Assembly (NCBI RefSeq): GCF_030028105.1
Contig: NC_092376.1
Location: 134,848,230 to 134,912,229 of the forward strand
Reading direction: 5' to 3'
From: Mobula birostris
Lineage: Eukaryota
Length of the DNA: 64,000 bases
Shown here: one piece after another, positions 51,138 through 61,994 of the stretch
Position numbering within the stretch: position 1 is the stretch's first letter
Layout: every line of letters begins with the position of its first letter
The notes under the pieces: generated by a model
Seen by the model: only the letters and a program-made list of their open reading frames with translations
Told to the model about the DNA's origin: nothing
The model's database searches: none
Made by a program: the position numbers and the translations under genes

Positions 51138-51139
51138 TA

Positions 51140-54100
51140 AAACCATACGACCATAGGATATAGGAGCAGAATTAGGCCATTAGGCCCATCAAGTCTGCTC
51201 TGCCATTTCATTGTGGCTGATCCATTATTCCTCTCAGCCCCAAACTCCTGCCTTCTCCCTATATCCCTTCATGCCCTGACCAAACAAGAATCTATCAACA
51301 AACAAGAGAAAATCTGCTGAAGCTGGAAATCCAAGGTGATAGATGAAACCTGAAGAGGGAAGGATGAAGAAGAGAGCTGGGCAGTTGATTGGTGAAAGAG
51401 ATACAGGGCTGAAGAAAGGGGAGTCTGATAAACGAGGACTGATGGCCATGGAAGAAAGAAAAGGGGGAGGAGCACCAGAGGTGACAGGCAGGTAAGGAGA
51501 TATGGTGACAGAGGGAAAAGGGGATGGGGGATTCTTTACCAGAAGTTCAAGAAAGTGATGTTCGTGCCATCAGATTGGAGGCTACCCAGACGAAATATAA
51601 GGTGTTACTCCTCCAATCTAAGTGTAGCCTCATCACAACAGTGGAGGAGGTCATAGATAGACATGTCAGAACGGGAATAGGAAGTGGAGTTAAAATGAGT
51701 GGCCACTGTGGGATCCTGCTTTTTCTGGCAGACAGAGAGTAGGTGCTTGGCAAAGTGGTCTCCCAATCCACATTGGGTCTCACCGATATACAGGAGGTCA
51801 TACCGGGAGCACCAGACACAGTATATGACCCCAACAGACTCACAGGCATCTCCAGCAGGATCCCACCACCAAGCACGTGTTACCTCCCCCCACCCACTTT
51901 CTGCTTTTAGCAGGGATCACTCCCTATGTGACTCCCTTGTCCATCCATCCATCCCCACTGATTGCCCTTCTAGCATTTAGCCTTGCAAGTGGAACAAGTG
52001 CTACACCTGCCCCTACACTTCCTCCCTCACTAACATTCAGGGCTGCAAACAGTCCTTCCAGGTGAGGCAACACTTCACTTGTGACTCCGTTGGGATCACT
52101 TCCGGTAATGCAGGACACCCCTTCTCCAGCCCAGTATCTCTTTCACCAATCAACTTCCCAGCACTTCACTTCATCATTCCCCTTCAGGTTTCACCTATCC
52201 CCTCCCCCCACCTTTTAAATCTGTTCCTCATTATTTTTCCGCTGAAAAATCTATAAACCTCAGCCTTAAATATACACAAGGACTTGGCCTCCATAGATGC
52301 CTGTGGTAATGAACTCCACAGTTTCACCATTCTCTGGGTATAGAAATACCTCCTCTTCTCCATTATAAAAGGATGCCTCTCTATTCTGAGGCAGTGTCCT
52401 CTGGTCTTAGACTCTCTCATCATTGGAAACATCCTCTCGACATCCACTCTATCAAAGCCATTCACCATTCGATAGATTTCAATAAGGTCACCCCTCATTC
52501 TTCTGAATTCTGGTGAACACAGGCTCAGTGCTATCAAACTCTCTTCATATGCCAAGTTATTTAATCCTGAAATAAGTTTTTGTGATCCTCCTTTGAGCCC
52601 TCTCCAGTTTCAGCACAAAGGGTCCAAAAATGCTCACAATACTCCAAGGGATGCCACAGTGGTGCTTTATAAAGCCTCAACATTACATCCTTGCTTTTGT
52701 ATTCTAGTCCTCTTGAAATGAATGCAGCATCACATTTACCTTCCACACCACAGACACAACCTGAAAATTAACCTTTAGGGAATCCTGCACAAGCACTCCA
52801 AAGTCCCTTTGCACCTCAGATTTATGTATTTCCTCTCCATTTAGAAAATAGTCTAGCCCTTCATTTCTTCCATCAAAGTTCATGACCATACACTTCCCAA
52901 CAGTGTATTCTGTCTACCACTTATTTGTCTGTTCTCCTAATCTAAGTGTTTCTACAGCCTCTCTACTTCCTCAAAGCTACCTACCTGTTCACCTATCTTT
53001 GTATCATCTGCAATCTTTGCAACGAAGCCATCAATTCCATCCTCCAAATCATTGACATATAATGTATGTCACGAGTCACCAGAAGCCAATCAGAAAAGGC
53101 TCTCTTTCTTACCACTTCTTGCGTCCTGCTAAGTAGCCACTGCTTTATCCATGCTAGAATCTTTCCTGTAATAGCATGGGGTCGTAGCTTCTTCAGCAGT
53201 CTCATAGTGGCACCTTGTCAAAGGCCCTCTAAAATTCCAAGTAATCCTCTTTTGTCTATCCTGCTTGTTACTTCTTCAAAGAATTCCAACCAATTTCTCA
53301 GGACGATATTTTCCCTTGAGGAAACCATGCAGATTTTGGCCTATTTTTAATCATGTGCTACAAGCAGCTTGAAACCACATCCTCATCAATCAACTCCAAC
53401 ATCTGCCCAAATGCTGAGTTCATATTTACTGGCCTACAATTTCATTTCTGCTGCCTCTCTCCCTTCTTGATGTGTGGTGTGACACTTTTGGAATCATTTT
53501 CCAGTCTTCTGCAACCATTCCAGAATCGAGTGTTTCTTGAAAGATCATTATTAATGCCTCTACAATCTCTTCACCCAACTCTTTCAGAACTCTGGGAAAC
53601 ACACTATCTGGTCCAGGTGACTTATCTACCTTCAGACCTTTCTGTTTCCCAAGTTCCTTCTTCATGGTAATGGTAACTTCACTCACTTCATGATCCCTGT
53701 CACCACCATATTGCTAGTGTCTGCCACAGAGAAGACTGACGCAAAATACTTTTTCAGTTCGTCTACCATTTTCCAGTCCCCATTACTACCTCTCTAGCAT
53801 CATTTTCCAGTTGTTCAATATCCACCCTTGCCTCTCTTTTATTCTTTTCACTCTATGTCTAAGAAAACTTTTGATATCCCCTTTGATTTTATTGGCTAGC
53901 TTACCTTCATATTTCATCCTTTTGTCTCCCTGTGCATATTTATTTGTCTTCTGGGATTTTTAAAAATTTCCCAATCCTCTAACTTCCCACTAATTTTTAT
54001 TATATGCCCTCTCTTTGGCTTTTATGTTGGCTTTTACTTCCCTTGTTAGCTGTGATTGTGTCTTCTTGCCATTAAAATACTTCTTCCTCTTTGGGATGTA

Positions 54101-54740
54101 TGTATCCTGTACCTTCAGAATTGCTTCCAGAAGTTCCAGACATTGCTGCTCTGCCATTATTTCTGCCAGTGTTCTTTTCCAATCAATTTAGGTGAACTCC
54201 TTGCGAATGCCTCTGTAATTCCCTTTACTCCACTGTAGAACTGATACATCTGATTTTAGCTTCTCTTTCTCAAATTTCAGCGTGCATTCGATCATATTAT
54301 GATTACTTTTGCCTGAAGGCTCTTTTAGCCTAAGCTGTCTGATCAATTCCGGTTCATTGCACAACACCCATCTAGAATAGCTGATCCTGTAGTGGGATCA
54401 CTAAAAAGCCATCTCACAGGCATTCCAGCAGCAATCTGATTTTCCCAATCTACCTGCATATTGAAATCCTGCATTGTAATATTGCCCTTTTGGTTTGCAT
54501 TTCCCATCTCACATTGTAAATTGCAGACCACATTGTTACTACTGAATATAACTCTCATCAGGGTCTTTTTACCCTTAGCTCTATCCACAACTATTCGCCA
54601 CCTTCCGACCCTATGTCACTTCTTTCGAATGACTTAATTTCACTTTTTACCAACAGAGCAATGCCACCCCCTCTGCTTTCCTGTCTGTTCGTTTGTTACA
54701 ATGTGAATCTTTGGACATTAAGCTCCCAGCTACATGTTCT
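51140..54740 (-). mobile_element. CR1 LINE (EN/RT to 3' end) split by a PLE
   Basis: KSPGPDSVFPRVLKE, RGDLIEIYR, DFNMQVDW. Tail at about 51140-51165. Confidence 0.88.
51300..52244. mobile_element. Rearranged Penelope-like element with internal inversion
   Basis: GIY-YIG C-terminal part on minus (51300-51845) and linker/3'UTR on plus (51846-52215), homologous to 6634-7365. Approximate 14-bp TSD aa(g/a)aatctat(c/a)aac. Confidence 0.8.
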
Positions 54741-55289
54741 GAAAAATACTCACCCAATCATAGAACATAAGAAATAAAAACAAGAGTAGCCATTCTAGCT
54801 ATCTCTATCTGGCTATCTGCACTGTTTTGGCAAAGTTCAGCCTAAGCCCAAGCAATATTACAGCTTTTAGTATTCAGTGGTGCATTAAAATATTACATGT
54901 AATTAGCCATTTGAGCCTTCTATCTTTTATTTCCAGAATAAGTTTTCATTACACCCATCCCTTGTGGTAATTTTTGATTTAATTGCTTCCAAGTTACAAA
55001 TCCTCTTCTGTTATTCACTATCCACCGCTCACCTCTTTCAACAGATGCCAAAGCCCTTTAAGTTAGTCAGCCTTACTTTATATTATGATTGTTGTTCACT
55101 TCCCAGAGGCTGGGAGACCCCCTTTTTGTCAACCTCAGCTTTCTAGCACAGCAGCTAACTCTTGCGGGTTAAAAAAGTTGATTTGAGTAAGGCAAATTCC
55201 CAACCAATATTCCTTGTTCAGCTTCCGGCCATAAACAAGAACAAGTCTTCAGTTCTTTATGTAAATTGCAAGCAATAATCAATCTGAAG

Positions 55290-56160
55290 TTAAAAGGACA
55301 ACTTTGCAAGCAAGCATCACTTTTTGTAAAGCACAGGTTGCTGGCTCACAGCACAGGTCTGGCTGCTGAAGAGATACAGTGTAAGACAATGGGAAAATGT
55401 TGGTTGGACCTTCATCAAACCAGACATCATTGGCTAAGTTAATTATTTCAAGGAAGCCTGCTGACCAGACTGATACTATCACTTAGCATATTAAATAGCT
55501 GATCTATCAATAGTTGAGAGATTTGTTTACTCAGAGAGTCAGCCCTCACAGCATTAATTTTGGGCATCTGGAATCTCTATCCCCAAAAGCTTTTGGACTA
55601 TCTGTGTGTATTTCCCAGCAAAGAATTCTGAAAACCTATCACATGCACGTGAAGTCACTAAGTAGCAAAAAAATAGTATAATTGTAAGAAAGCAGTCAGG
55701 TGTTAGAAATGGTTAAGGAACAAGAAGAATGACAAACAAATGTGGTGTCTAGAATCAATTCCCCTGCCTTCAATTTCTGTGGCAGACTCATTTGTCTGTA
55801 ACTCGTCGGTATGTCTTTTTAGCTTATAGGAATTTTACCTGTGCTTTGGAATCCTTTGTGTATTAGAGTTCATTTGTAATTTGGGATTTTTTTACAAGAT
55901 AGAAATCCCCTGTGGTTTTAAACATGTTTTAAGAATTTTATCTAAATTTAAACAAGAAGCAGTAAAAATAAATGAACAGTGTTTACGCTGCTTTGATAGC
56001 TGTAAGTATCTCCTTCTTGGTAGGGAGATGGGACCCACTGCTCAGATAGTGGATATTGGCAGCTGAACTCACCATGAAGAATAATCAGAGAAGTGATGTA
56101 GCCTTTGAAGAATCCAGAGCGATCTATATCAGATATGGCTTAATATCTTCATCTGAGTTC
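55290..56160 (+). pseudogene. PTP catalytic domain remnants
   Basis: DTV*DNGKM / WTFIKPDIIG*VNYFKE (ETVxDFWxM, W...IVML..L.E). LEMVKEQEE*QTNVVSRI. IEIPCGFKHVLRILSKFKQ...CLRCF (post-WPD helix to the HC motif). GREMG...IVDI / SDVAFEESRAIYIRYGLISSSE (GR.G..ID; VDV...LR..R.G..Q..E). Order matches the PTP fold. Confidence 0.5.
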
Positions 56161-57639
56161 AGAACTTCACAGAGAACAAGCCCAATTCCATCATGATATC
56201 TGCCCTATCATTGATCTTCTCCTTTGACCCCCTTGCCCTTCCCAATTTTCATTGCTGCTGTAATTAATTCAACTACAATTGTTTTATTTTAAATTTATTC
56301 CAGTTTTGATGAACTGCTGATGTTTTTCACTCTCTGTAGGCGTCACCTGACTCACTGAAAATTTCCTCCATTAATGTTTTTTATTTGAAATTGTCAACAT
56401 CTGCAGTATTTTTATTTAGACTTCAGCACAAATGTTTACAGCCCTCTCTAAATGTTTATTTATGTGTTTTAAACAGTTTATAGCACTTCAGATATACAAA
56501 TGTATTCCTGGTACATGCAAAAACTTTCACAATCGAACTACATTCCAACACCTTACCGTGAAATAATCTGGCATGCAACATGCCCAAAGGCAAACAGCGG
56601 TCTCATGTGAGTACTCCAAGATAAGAGAACATTTATTATAAAGTAAGGAGACAACATTAACTCATTGGTAACAATTTTGTTTCTTGGCCTGAGATTTGTG
56701 AGTTCAAATCCCATTCCACAGATTTCAACACATTATCTTCATTAGAAGATCAGTCTTATATTAAGTGAATATTGTGTTATCAAGAATACCTTTAGAATGA
56801 GATGATAAAAACAAGGCACCATCTCCCTTTAGAAGCATGAGAGTGATTTCTAATCAAATTTGTCCCACAGCCATCAGATTGCTTGTTTATCATCTCGATG
56901 GTCTTTGTGGTACTTGTTTTTATTTAATTCTTCTTTATTATATGAGTGATTTTATATCAAAAATAAAGTATTGCCTTTACAGCATGTGAAACATCCTGGA
57001 ATTGGGAAAGAAACCATATAAGTTTAAGTCTGTCTTTTATCTTCCGTTATGAGTTCATTTTCATGACTCTAGACTTGACATGCTAAGCATGATTAACAAA
57101 ATGCTTGGTCCAAATTTCCTGCTTATTAAAATTAATGACTAAAAGCTCTGTGCCAGGAGCTTGGTGAAATTTATAATTATATTTCAACAACTTCCTATGA
57201 TTATGCTTATTAAAATGTATCATTAATTGGATGAAAGAGCTAACATTATTTAACTAGATTACAATTAGGAATGATTTGCTTCTTGTCAGCAGTAAACTGG
57301 TCTCAAAATAACGTACCTTAAAACTTTAATCATTTGTGTAACTTGGAACATGTAACTGAGTAAAAAAAGAGTTTATTAGGCATCATGCAGCTTTGTGCTT
57401 TCAGTTGGAAGCTTTGCATATTATGAGTAAGAATAGAAAATTTAGGCAGATATGCCACATAATTTACTGACCATTAATTTAAATGAATGTAAATATTATT
57501 ATAATTATTAATTATAATGATTGCAGCATGGGGTTTTGACTATCAAGGATCACTACTGGAATCCAAAATATGGAAGACGTATTTTTTATTAGTGAATTAG
57601 GTCTTCAATGTGTTTTTCCAGTTTTACCACCCTGCTCAA

Positions 57640-59930
57640 AGAGAAAGTATGAGATGGATTTGATAGTTACGGCTAAGGAAAATCCCAGGAAGTTCTATAG
57701 CTATACTAAGAGTGAAAAGGTGGCAAGCAATAGAGTAGGTCCCCTTGGTGGTGGATGAGATTTTTTAAAGTATTTTTCCTCATTGCTTAATGAGGAGAAC
57801 ATTATGGTTGTTTAAAGGATAAGGGAAACGTCACAACCAGGGGTCATTTTTAGAAAAAAAGAAAAGATTTTTTCCAGTTAGTATGTGTTTTCTCACCGTG
57901 ACCTCGTGGATATACAATTTTCCTTGGATTGCTTATCTTTTATACCTAATACTTTGTCTTTGCACTGGCCCTGGGTTTTCACTTTGTGTTGCACGTGTCT
58001 CATTTGGTATCATGGGGGTTGTTAAGCTCTTTTTGTATTTATCACTTTTATTCTATTTGGGGTGATTGAATTAGCACAGGATTTTCAATCTCTTACATTG
58101 TACTTGTTGTCATTGGGGGTTAATGCTTCATCTGAGCACTGGGGCTGTCTGTTTGGTCTTGAATTCCTACATGCTCCAGGGCATATTTCAAAGGGGCATC
58201 CCAACTCCACTTTGCTCAGACATTGTGGATTGTTGTCTGGTGAAACTCAGTCCGTTCTTCTGTGTATTGTGAGTGACTTCAGTTCTTGAAGACTCTGTGT
58301 AGTTTGCCTGAGTCATTGCTAATTTTGCTGGTTGGTTTATGTAATAAGTCTTTTGTTTTGTTTGAATTGTCAATGTCACTGGGATTCCTGCACGTGGAGA
58401 TGATTTGGAGGACATACACGTTCAGGGGAGGAAGTATTTGCGGCCGTACAATGAAATCAGATGGATAAATCTACAGGATCCTCAGATTTTGTGAGAGCCT
58501 AGGGAAGAAATTGAAAAAGCTCTTGCAGATATACTTGTTTTATCATTAGCCACTGATGAAGTTCCCAAAGACTGAAGAGTGGTTAATATTGTTCTGATGC
58601 TTCAATAAGGCAGCAAGAGTAAGGCAGGGAATTATCAGGCTATCAGCGTGACAGTGGAAAGTTATTATAGAGGGAATCTTAATGAACAGAAGCTACCAGG
58701 ATTTGGATAGATGAAATCTGATTAGAAAGACTCAATGTGGCTTTATATGTGGAAACCCATGGTTGATGATTCTTTTCAAGGTTTTTTGAAAAGGTTAAAA
58801 ATAAGGTAGATGAGGTTATGGCAGTGGATAAGGTCCATTTGGATTTTAACAAGGTATTCAACAAGGTCCTGCATGGTGTGCTGGTCTAAAAATTTAGGTC
58901 TCATGGGATCTACATGGAGCTAGTTAGGTGGATTCAAAATTGGCTCAGAAAGGAGAATGGTGACTAATGATGTGCCACAGAGTTTTGTGTTGAGACCATT
59001 GTTATTTATTATTTATATTATTTGGATTCAAATGCACAAGGGTTGATAGTAAGTCTGTGGATGACAAATTGTTAGGAGGTGTTGATAGTGAAGAAGGTCA
59101 TCATCAGTTACAGGGAGATCTTGATTAGTTAGGAAGTTGCCCAAACAGTGGCAAATGGATTTCAATACAGACAAGTTGAGGTAATACATTTTGGAAAGTC
59201 AAAACGGCATAAGACCTATACAATAAATGGTAGTACACTAGGGAGTATAATGGAGCAGAGGAACTGAGGGGTATGAATGCATAGTTCATTGAAAGTGGCA
59301 TCAGATGTAGACAGTGTGGTAAACATATTCAGCATACTGTCTTTCATGAGTCATGGCACTTAGTATAGGATTTGGTACATTACAGTATGTTGCAATTGTG
59401 TAAATCATCGGTGAAGCTGCACTTGGAGTATTGTGTACAGTTTTGATCACCTATTATTGGAAAGACATGGTTAAACTGAAGAGAGTGCAGAAGTGATTTG
59501 CCAGGACAAAAGGGCCTGAGTTATTGGGAGTGGTTGGCCAAGATAGGTCTTTAATCCTTGGAACTTGGGAGAATGAGGGGCAACCATATAGAAAGGCTTA
59601 AAGAAGATGGATGTTAAAGTTTTTTCCCTTATGTACGGGAGATCAAAACTCAGGAGTGTAGATTTAGATTGAGAGTGGAAAGGTTTAAAAGGGACCTGAG
59701 GGGCAACTCACATAGAGGATGGTGAGTGCATAGAATGACCTGCCAGAAGATGTGGTTGAGGCATGAACTACAAAATTATTTAAGAACCACCTGGATAAAT
59801 ACATCAAGTAGTAGAGCTTAAGACAATATAGGCCAAACACAGGAGATTGAGACCAGTTAAGTAGGCTCTATGGTTGGCAAGGATTTGTTGGACCAAAGGA
59901 TCTGTATCTGTGCAGTATTGCTATATGACT
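57640..59930 (+). mobile_element. Old CR1 LINE with a possible solo LTR at about 57829-58450
   Basis: KENPRKFYSY, LDFNKVFNKV, LEYCVQF remnants. An unrelated insert gtcacaacc...cgtaca interrupts it. Confidence 0.7.
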
Positions 59931-59989
59931 CCAGAACAGGATGCAAGAGCATACAATTACAATAGAATACATTATGTTATAGTCATTGA

Positions 59990-60125
59990 AACTGAAATAT
60001 TTGATTATCATCAACCTGAAGGACAGGTTGCTGGGCTGTTTGCGATTGCGTAACTTCAGTGATATCCTTGAAAATTTGTCGTGATTGCCAGCCATGTTTC
60101 CTGGTCGTACTCTATATAGAGGATT
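59990..60125 (+). pseudogene. Possible PTP D1 end / linker exon remnant
   Basis: KYLIIINLKDRLLGCLRLRNFSDILENLS*LPAMFPGRT resembles 'QY.FIH.AL.E.LL.G...F...L..L......T'. An alternative candidate, QFIALQIYKCI, lies at about 56474-56606. Confidence 0.25.
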
Positions 60126-60168
60126 ATTTACACTTTTGACAGATTTTCAGGAACTGGCCTGAATATCC

Positions 60169-61165
60169 CAGTGCCTGGAAAAAGTATTTAGCCTCCAACA
60201 CTTTGTTCACATAAATGAGTATTGCAAACAGGGATTTTGATCAATTTCTTCACAGTAGTGCCAACCTTCCCAAAAATAAACGGGGAAAATTGTTAAGTAA
60301 GAAATACTGAATTTCAAAAGCTGAAATGTCAGCAGTTCAAAAGTGTTCATCCCCCTTTGTTCAGTACTTAGTTGAACCACCTCTTGCAGCTATTACAGCT
60401 ATTCATCCTTTTGGATAAGTTTCTATTAGATTTACTCAGTGTGGTGGAGCAAGACTTGCCCATTCCTTGCAGAATTGCTCAAGCTGTGCCAGGTTAGGTA
60501 GGGAGTGGCAGTGGAGAAGAATCTTGAGGTCAGAGATGTTTCACTGGGTTCAGGTCAGGATTCTGACTGGACCATTCAAGGAGATCAATTTTCTTTATTT
60601 GAAGCCATTCTGCAGTTGTCTTGGCAGTATACTTTGGGTTGTCGTTCTGTTAAAAGACGAACTTCCTCCCCAGGTTAAGCTTCCTGGTAGAGGCTAGCAG
60701 GTTATTATCTAGGTTCTCGCTGTATTTCACAACATTCATCTTCCCATTAGCCCTGAAGAGAATTTCAGTCCCTGCTGCAGAAAAGCTTCAACATAGCATA
60801 ATGCTACCTCCAACATACTTTACAGTAGGGATGGTGTAACCTGGCTGATGCGTGGTATAAGTTTTATGCCACACGCACCACCTAGTATTGAGGCCAAAAA
60901 GTTCCACTTTAGTTTCATCCAACCATAAGACCTTCCTCCACATCCTTACTGTACCTTCTTCAAATGGAGAAAATGGACGTACTTGAGTGGCCCAGTCAGA
61001 GTCCTGATCTAAACCAAATTGAATATCTCCGGCAAGACCTCAAAGTTGCTGTCCATTGGCATCCCCCAAATAATCTGGAACAGCTTGATCAATTTTACAA
61101 GGAATAGGCAAATCTTGCTCCATCACGTTGTGCAAAGCTAATAGAGGCTTATCCAAAAGGGTGAC
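60169..61165 (-). mobile_element. Tc1/mariner transposon fragment with inverted duplication
   Basis: TIR-like cagtgcctggaaaaagtatt. Minus strand [40 protein letters not shown]. Plus strand LEWPSQSPDLNQIE at about 60975-61025. Confidence 0.85.
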
Positions 61166-61169
61166 TAGA

Positions 61170-61960
61170 GGGTGCTCAGTGTACTGGTATCTCTGCTGAG
61201 TTCTGAGGTGGAGAGCTACCTGCTGAGTACATATGCATAACAATGACTGACTGCCCTTCGCATTCGGAAGACTCAGGACCATAGCAGAGATGCAGTGCCT
61301 CCTATTTCTCCAGAAGAAGTCCATCAACTTGCCCTAGGTCCTGGCAACAAGTTCATTAGGTGGGACTAAAGTGACCAGCCGGTGCCAAAGCATGGAGACT
61401 ACCAGCTGGATAATTTCCCTGGTATGAGATTAGTGACATCGACCCAACCAGCATTCCAGCCAGATGAAGAATTTTGTCTCCAAGTCCTACCAGTTCACTG
61501 GCCAAGGCTCTGCGGTGAACTCCCAGATAGAGGAACTGCAAGGTGCTCCACACAAATGGTCTTAGCTCTTCTGGCAGCGAGTCTATCCCCCACTGACCCA
61601 CTAAAAGACCAGTTGACCCTGGCAGAGGACTCGGCTGAGAAGACCCCCTGGCAGTCTCATATCCTCTGTAGGTCAATAGGATCTGAGATCATGAGGAGGA
61701 CCTTGCACGGAACCAGACCTGTCAACTGCTTCCGAAGAAGGCATAGAAAAGGCTCTATGTAGACTGAGTACAGCTGCCCCAACATCAGGTAACCTGATGT
61801 ACCACTCCCACAAGACAAAAGGAAGCCATCAAGGATCCATTAACCTTTACCTGGCACTCCGCAGCAGCATGCATCAGACAGACACAGGCAACAAAATATG
61901 TTCCTAGTTCCAACATGCGCAGATCCACCCATTCAAACGCCTTCTCCTGATCAAGACAGA
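61170..61960 (-). mobile_element. Tx1/L1-clade LINE RT C-terminal fragment
   Basis: FLYLGVH and DFFWRNRRHCISAMVLSLPNAKGSQSLLCICTQQVALHLRTQQRY. Confidence 0.65.
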
Positions 61961-61994
61961 GAGAAAGGTTACTGAAAGGCTAGCCTCGTGGGAT

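Larger units (their letters stand above)
996..60125 (+). pseudogene. Putative decayed multi-exon gene for an FN3-repeat receptor-type protein tyrosine phosphatase (unprocessed pseudogene; probably extends beyond the window)
   Basis: Non-repeat islands, many flanked by AG/GT splice-like sites, give colinear motif remnants on + strand: FN3 (about 1.0, 4.2, 5.4, 8.5, 11.3, 12.6, 24.0 kb), membrane-proximal domain (26.0, 43.4 kb), TM helix (50.0 kb), PTP motifs (51-60 kb). Most pieces carry stops or frameshifts. Manual translation only. Confidence 0.6.

Noticed and set aside
996-60125. Assigning a symbol such as PTPRQ, PTPRC or PTPRF to the pseudogene
   Set aside because: The remnants are too decayed to identify the subtype by eye.
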